Source: Octopus vulgaris (lineage: Eukaryota). Taken from it: a DNA stretch of 64,000 bases. Each line of letters begins with the position of its first letter. Within the stretch, counting starts at the first letter, position 1. The notes below the pieces were generated by a model. The model did no database searches, was not told where the DNA came from, and saw only the letters and a list, made by a program, of their open reading frames with translations. Positions 56,522 to 64,000 of the stretch are shown in pieces. The DNA lies in the NCBI GenBank assembly GCA_951406725.2, contig OX597820.1, forward strand, positions 112,406,001 to 112,470,000, in the 5' to 3' direction. The position numbers and the translations under genes are program-made.

Positions 56522-57425
56522 ACAAAAAGAAAATAAATAAGAAATCTCTTCTTTAACTGGAATAAGAAAGAAACACAAGAAATGCAGCAATACTTGTGAT
56601 GCAAAGCACTGTTGCTAGTGGTAACCACAACTCTAAGGAAACTGGGAAGATGGTGTTAATTACTGAACTGTGGTGAAGTACAATATGTGCTTAGTGGCCA
56701 TATGTGGGGGTGGTGCTGCAGATATGGAGTAAATGACACAGCAGCAGCGTGGATGGTGTGTGCATATGTATGATTGCTGACACCATGTAAGCGTGATATT
56801 ACAGGAATGAGCACGGAGCAGGTTGTGGTGGTGGTGGTGGTGGTGGCGTTGATCTCGATGTTGTTAGTGGTGGTGGATGTAATGGAAGGATGTAATGGAA
56901 AATGGTTTGGCAGCAACTTTTTGATGATGGTGGTGGTGATGATATTGATAGTGGTGGTGGTGGTGGTGGTGGTGATGGTATAGCTGATAATATTAATAGT
57001 AGTGGTGATGATAACGGTAGTGATGAGGATATTATTAAAACAAAAAAATCACATGTAGGTGTTTTCATTCTGGAAATGCAAGCAATTTATCTCCATATCT
57101 CCATATTAAATGGCGGTGCCCCAGCATGGCCACAGCTCATGAGCTGAAACTAGAATCAATCATATCCAGTTATGTAGAGAGACACACACACACACACGCA
57201 CATACACATGTATATAAATATAAATAAATATATATATATATGTGTATGTGTGTGTATCTGTTTGTGTGTGCATATGTATGTGTGTGTGTGCGTTTGTGTG
57301 TGTGTGTGGTGTATGTATGCTTCCGAGAAAGTGAGTGTGTCAATACTTTTAGGTAGAGTACACATTTAACTTTTATAGGGAAAAGGTTGATAGTGACTTC
57401 AAAGTTTCAGCTTATTCACTTTCAG

Positions 57426-57865
57426 CATGGTTCTTGGTCTCAAGCATTTGTCTTATGAAGAAAGGCTGAAGACACTCAACCTTTATTCTCTCGAAAAACG
57501 CCGCCGCCGCCGTGGTGATCTTATTCTTGCTCACAACATCAAAAGCGGAAAGTGTAACCTCTCGAAAGAGCTGTTCTTCACTCCTGCTCCAGAGTGTCGG
57601 CTGTGGGTTCACTCCGAAAAGATCTATCTACGACGATTTCATCTCTATCAAAGGAGAGGGGCTTTCTCCGTCCGGGTTGCGGATCTGTGGAATAAGCTGC
57701 CGGACGAGATAGTGAAGATGCCGATGACCGCTCGGTTCAAAGTCTCTCTTGACGAGAAATGGCCTGAACTCTTTGTATGACCACCCTCCCTGTACATAAC
57801 TTCCTGTCCCCCTACATGGCCTTGCTTTTGATTTTTTAGCCAATAAAAATTGAATTGAATTGAAA
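57426..57865 (+). mobile_element. 5'-truncated CR1/L2-group LINE, same family as 5072-5590
   Basis: ORF 57427-57780 is nearly identical to the end of 5030-5482, with the same 3' UTR but a (TTGAA)n tail. Confidence 0.92.
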
Positions 57866-57990
57866 AGCAGACTGTCTGATGAAAGTGAGCATGCCTAAAT
57901 TTCAAAATCACTAAACACCTTTTCCTTGTAAAAGTTACTATATATACATATATAGAAAAAGAGAGAGAGAGAGAGAGAGAGATACATATC

Positions 57991-58041
<51 letters not shown>

Positions 58042-58091
58042 TTATGTATGTGTATGTATGTATGTTCGTATATGTATATCATAAATGCATA

Positions 58092-59826
58092 TCAGGTAAT
58101 TAAGAATGAAATGTTCAATTTCCTTAGCACCAACTTTGACAGTTTTATCCTGACAATTCTTTGTTTTACAACATTGAAGAGTTACATCATCATCATCATC
58201 ATCATCGTTTAACGTCCACTTTCCATGCTAGCATGGGTTGGACGATTTTGACTGAGGGCTGGCGAAGCAGAAGGCTGCACCAGGCTCCAGTCTGATCTGG
58301 CAGTGTTTCTGCAGCTGGATGCCCTTCCTAAGGCAAACCACTCCGTGAGTGTAGTGGGTGCTTTTTTATGTGGCACTGGCACAGGTGCCAGGCGAGGCTG
58401 GCAACAGCCACGATTGGTTGGTGCTTTTACGTGCCACCGGCACGGAAGCCAGTCAAGGTGGCACTGGCATCGGCCACGTTCGGATGGTGCTTTTTACGTG
58501 CCACCGGCACAGGGATTACAACTACAATTTCCATTGATTTTTGATGTTGATGTACTTGACTCAATAGGTCTCCTGAAGCACAGGGTCGAAACGGTGTTTC
58601 TTTACTTGCCACCTACATAGGAGTCCGTCCAGCAGCACTGGCAATGGCCGGGTGCCAGTCATAGGATTGGTTCAGTTTCGATTCTTTTCGAAATGCAATT
58701 CATGGTAGCTGATTATATTGTGAGTTTTCTCTTGTAAATCAATTTTTGTGAACCCATGGAGAGATAAAAAATTTGTGTTGTTTATGAATATGAGTTCCAT
58801 CGTGGAGCCAACACATCCCAAACAGCTTGAAACATCAATGATGTGGTGAATGAGTGCACTGTACATTGATGGTTTGAGAAGTTCTGGTCTGGTGACTTTA
58901 CTCTTGAAAATCAGCCCCATGGTAAACCTGAGACCAAGGTGGATAATGATGAGCTGGAAACTGTAGTGGAAGCGGATACATCTCAAATTACATGTGGGTT
59001 AGCAGCAAGGTTTGATGTTTTGATTTCAACTGTATTGGACCATCTGAAACAGATCGGCAAGGTAAAGAAGCTGGATAACTGGATACCACACAAACTGAAC
59101 AAGCATCAAATGGCATGTTGTCTTGAAACTTGCTGTTCTTTGCTGTCATGGCATAAAAGCGAATCATGTTTGCATTGTATTATTATGTGTGATGAAAAAT
59201 GGATTCTTTTCCACAATAGCAAGCATTCTAAATGGTGGTTCGATAGAGATGAAGTGCCAAAATACAATCCAGAAAAAAATATTCACCAAAAAAAGGCTAA
59301 TGGTGTCTGTTTGGTGGTGGTCCAGCGCTAGTGTCATCCACCACAGCTTCACGAGATCTGGCAAGTCAATTACAGTGGATGTATACATCAACCAACTGGA
59401 CGAAATGATGAGTGAACTTGCAATTAAACAACTGACATTGGTCAATAGAGACAGGCCAATTCTCTTGCAAGACAATGGTTGACCACATGTTGCACAAAGA
59501 ATGCTACTCAAGTTACAGGAACTAAACTTGGAAGTACTCTTGTCATCCACCAAATTCACCAGACCTTGCACCAACTGACTCATGTTTTTCAGGCATTAGA
59601 CAACTTTTTGCAAGAAAAAAACTTCAAATCGGAAGATAATAGAAAAACAGCCTTTTGAGAGTTCATCACCTCTTACTCTCTAGAATTCTTTGCTACCAGC
59701 ATCAATAAGCTACCAATAAAATGGCAAAATTATGTTGGTAATTTGATTAACTGCACTGGTTTTTGTTGAGATAAAGTAAAATAAACTTTCAGTTTAAAAT
59801 TAGACATTTCATCCTTAATGACCTGA
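58092..59826 (+). mobile_element. Decayed mariner transposon with a nested family D retroelement (58186-58690)
   Basis: TIRs tcaggtaattaagaatgaaatgt / acatttcatccttaatgacctga. DD34D-type relics WIPHKL, CDEKWI, LLQDNG.PH and HPPNSPDLAPTD. Confidence 0.9.
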
Positions 59827-59833
59827 TGTATAT

Positions 59834-59865
<32 letters not shown>

Positions 59866-61083
59866 ACACACACATATATATACACACACACACACATATA
59901 TATACACATACACACACACATGCGTGTGTGTGTGCACATGCATGTAGAGTCCATTCCACATTCCCTCACCAACTGCCAGAAAGCCCTGGTGCTTATCTTA
60001 ACGCTTTTGCTGGCTGACTTCTCCTTAGTCAATGCTTACTCCTCAATCTGGATCAACAAACTCCTGTCTATTTCTTGCACCACCCTGATATAGCAAAGGC
60101 TGTAGTGTTCACAGTAACCTATTAATTTCTAACATTGATGCAAAACCACATATTTTATAATGGGAAATGCATGCTTGTACTGACCCTAAGACTTGGTTGC
60201 TTTTTGTTTTAGTAGATTCTCCTTGGAGTAGATTTAGAACAAAGTGATGCAAGATTAGCACAGATTAATTTTGCCTTATTCTGCAGTCCATTGCCTTTGT
60301 TGGTGCCACCACTAGCTTTGAATATCCTTCACCCACTCTAACCATGCAGCATTGATTGTAAACCTGGGTGTCGTTACCCATAACACAGAGGAGAGAAAAA
60401 TCAATAAATACAGGGGCCTAGCCAGCCACTATCAGTTTGTGCTGGTCACCATTGTGACGTGAGGTGTTCTAGGACCTCTTACTACTGATTTCCTCTACAA
60501 AATAGAGATAATGGAGAAATGATCCCTGCAAAGTGGAGTGGCTGCAGAGTATGGCTGATCATACTGGGTGTTCTGGGATATGTGATCCAATACTCCTCCC
60601 CTCCACCTTCTACTGCTTTTTACTCCCTCCACATTTTTCCCCTTTTCTTTCTTTTCATTTCTCAGCTCCCCTCTTTCCTGTTTCTTTGTATATAAATGTT
60701 TTAATAAAATTACATTTTTCTAAAATTTATTCCCTATCACACCTGTCTTGCTGATTGCTTTTGACTATTACCAGTCATAGAAGTTAATGAGACATCAGTA
60801 AATTGTCACGAATTACCTGTAAAATCTGACATTGTTTTTTCTTTTCTTCTTTTTTTTTGCAGAAGATGGAAAAGTAGAGAAATATACTTTCTATTTGAGC
60901 ACAACTCAACAGCAAAGAGTGATCTTATGACAGTGTTTCAATATGGTGCAGCAAAGATTGATCATATGATGATCATACTGTACTTAGTAGTTGTTAATAA
61001 CAGAGTCAATGAACAAAGAGTCAATGAACAAATTTCTAAGGCAAGAAATAATTAAGTTTAAATAACGTGTGTGTGTGTGTGTG

Positions 61084-61114
<31 letters not shown>

Positions 61115-61363
61115 AAATATTGTCCTCTCTTTCAATCAGAGAAATTAATGAAAGAGAGAGAGAGGAGGGGAGTTGTCTCATCTGACCTGGAGTTTTAAAT
61201 GACAAGTCATTGAGAGCATCTATATTTTACTAATACTTAATGTGTATAATATTTGCTGTGTATGTAAGTGTGCATCTGTACTTATATTTTTTGCATAAGT
61301 AACATGTGTGTGTGTATGTGTGTGTGTGAGTGCACATGTGATTAAAGAGAATTAGGTGTTTAC

Positions 61364-61412
61364 CTGAACTGGTTGTTTCTGGAATAGACATTTTGGTCCT
61401 TGTATGTTTATT
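61364..61412 (-). CDS. bmal1: Probable upstream (likely penultimate) 49-nt coding exon of Bmal1/cycle
   Basis: Strong acceptor ttttctcttgtag| and donor cag|gtaaac. 49 nt = 16 codons + 1 (NKHTRTKMSIPETTSS+G), which supplies exactly the phase-1 base needed by the terminal exon. The peptide is not independently recognisable. Confidence 0.75.
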
Positions 61413-61520
61413 CTACAAGAGAAAAAGTGGTAAAAATATTAAAATACAACAAATACTTATAAACAATCACTCATATATATATATACATATACATATGTGT
61501 GTGTGTGTGTGTGTATGTAT

Positions 61521-61557
<37 letters not shown>

Positions 61558-61567
<10 letters not shown>

Positions 61568-62670
61568 GAAAATCGGTGTGTGTTTGTTTGTGGCTTTGTT
61601 AGCTAACTCCTCCAACATCGTTTATTGATTTTGATGAAACTTGACACATGAGTAGAACCCATGTCTGGAAACTTCGCTACATACTTAGATTGTTGAAAAA
61701 ATGGATATGGCCCCGGGAAGGGACCATTATATCTATGTCATATAACTAATTTTTTTTAAACGCCCAAGGGAAATAACCCATAGCAACAGTACAATATTTT
61801 TTTTAAACACTCAAGGGAAATAACTCATTTCATTGTTTATGTTCAATTAATTTGAATACTGATTGTTTGTGTGTCCTATTTCTAATCTTTGCAGACAATA
61901 TAACTTTTATACTTTATTTGACACATGAGAAGAACTCAGGTCTGGAAACCTCGTGACATACTTAGGTTGTTGAAAAAAAATTGATAATTGGGCCCTTCCA
62001 ATGGATCCTTCTATCTACTACATATTACTAATATTTTGTTTAAACAACCCAAGGGGAATAACCCATACCACCTGCAGATTTTAGCGAAGTGATAAGCTGA
62101 CCTAATTCTGCATTTCACTACTCACAGTTTTGAACTACTTAACATTATTATTGCATTTCCTTAATTTGAATCTTAAACATTAAAGACTTCATTCATACAT
62201 TTCTATACATACTTTTTTGAATGCCCATTATTCCGATGATTCTGTATTTTTACAGTTACACTTTTTCCATGACAGTTGATAAATTTTTTATTCCACAACG
62301 TTTTTGTAGTGTCTTCATGAAGGCATAGTGTGGATTTGATTCTTGCTTGCTAAATTTCACTTAACACTTCAAAAGTGCTTTTCTCGCAGTAAAACAATAG
62401 TTTTTTCTGTGAATGGCAGCAGTTATACATTTCCCAGATGCCTTCACAAAGCAGATTAATGTCTTTGCCTCTTGCCAACCTCCGACAACCTCTCTCACCA
62501 ACCTCCTACAATCTCTCCCTCTTCTCCAGCTGACAGTTTTTTGTACTTTTTCACAACGGAAAATACTCCTTTTGTGGCAGTTCTAATGAAATTGCTTTCT
62601 TATATCAGAGTAATAAAGCATTTCAATAGAACATTGTAACCCCCAGGAACTACCAAGTACACTAGCTAGT
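61558..62670 (+). mobile_element. Helitron-like non-autonomous element in a Bmal1 intron
   Basis: 5' portion resembles 16710-16900. Internal ~150-bp duplication (61640-61790 vs 61918-62070). 3' end ccc..gg...ctagctagt with terminal CTAG. Confidence 0.5.
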
Positions 62671-63041
62671 ATATATATATATATACACACACACACATAC
62701 ACCTTGTATAAATGCGTATCTACAAAGAATACATAAGCATATGTATATCTAATAAATGATTCATTACATTTACTGTTACTGATCAACACTGATGTTAATT
62801 ATCTACCAACAAAACATCTTTTAGGAAACGTATCCTATTTGAACAGTTGACTCCCTCACCAACTTTACTTCAGGTTAACAGACAGACATCCTCTCCCCCA
62901 TTTATTTTAGCACTACTAAAACAGCCTCTGCTTCTTTCAGCCAGAATGCTGAAAATCCACTTCATATCCAGAAAATGCTCCTCCTCCTCCTCATTGTAAC
63001 AGCCATTGCTGCTGCCACCACAGCTGCGATTTTTCTAAGTT

Positions 63042-63082
<41 letters not shown>

Positions 63083-63087
63083 AGAAG

Positions 63088-63123
<36 letters not shown>

Positions 63124-64000
63124 GAGAGGGAGAAAGAATCAGTATACAAGAAAAAACAGTAGTTCAGTTAGTGTAGTGTTAGTATATCTAATGAGTGGAC
63201 ATTAAAAAAAATCAGCTAGAAATAATTAGACAATAAAGAAAAAACATTACTAGCCAATGACTATTAATTTTTGAAATTATTTCAGTAATCAAAGACATGT
63301 TTAGGTTTTAGTAGACCTCCTTAGTGAAGCATCAACCTCATCATACATGTTGAAATTGTGATGAGGGAATCACTAGATAAATGTACAGTACTGGCTGGTG
63401 GAGAAAATTACAATGATTTAGAGAATAAATTATTGAGATACCTTCTACTTTAAAAGCATTTGTTAAATTAGTGTTAATGAAGTGGGCATTGAGAAAATAA
63501 GTATGCTTAATTGAAGTGCTGTGTAATCTAGCTGGCAAGCATTAGTCAATTGACACTTAACACTCTAACCTCTTTTAATGTCCTAATATCAACAACAACA
63601 ACAACATTAGCAACAACAATAAACTGTTTGAACAAATGAGGGAGCCTCTTCATAGTCATTCACCTTGCTAGTAATAGCAACCAAAATGTATGTATGTACA
63701 GAAATGTATATGTGTGTGGATTTCTGTATCTGTATTTAGGTAAAAACTTATGTTAGGTCACTCTTGAGTGCTACAGGTAATACGCAGTACAATTTGTTGC
63801 ATGGTTGGATCAACAGTGACCAAACTGGCAACCCCACCAAGCCTGCTTGGTGAGGAGGGGTACTTTTGGATGCCCTGCATAATAAAACAAGACCAGTTAC
63901 AGATCAGATGAAGCTTTCAAATCTCTGCCGACCTGTTGGTGTCCTTTGGTGAGAAAAGCATAAGAATCATCACTATGAGATCAAAACCTACAGTCAATGA

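Noticed and set aside
56656-57147. Pro/Thr/Gly-rich ORFs in the last Bmal1 intron
   Set aside because: Driven by (GGT)/(GAT) trinucleotide repeats. No convincing splice sites, and the 61364 exon already joins the terminal exon in phase.

Overview
AT-rich, repeat-dense animal DNA. The repeat families (tRNA-derived SINEs with AAT or GAT tails, RTE/CR1/Tx1/Penelope elements, mariner and hAT relics, abundant microsatellites) suggest an octopod cephalopod; this is inference. The only firmly recognisable host gene is the 3' end of the circadian activator Bmal1/cycle on the minus strand, which the ORF track missed. It has a 49-nt exon (61364-61412) in phase with a terminal exon (51810-51994) ending ...[32 protein letters not shown], the vertebrate-type transactivation domain (TAD). 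On the plus strand (about 14-32 kb), stop- and frameshift-ridden exon-like fragments read in order as an adhesion GPCR (HRM-like, GAIN/GPS, 7TM), probably a pseudogene. Most interesting: a possible decayed or alternative copy of the Bmal1 TAD exon at about 63 kb, a near-identical direct duplication bracketing the TAD exon, several fold-back duplications that would form dsRNA, a CpG-rich promoter-like island at about 35.5 kb, and a same-orientation SINE array in (AAT)n tracts. Most ORFs in the supplied track are microsatellite artefacts. All alignments were done by eye.
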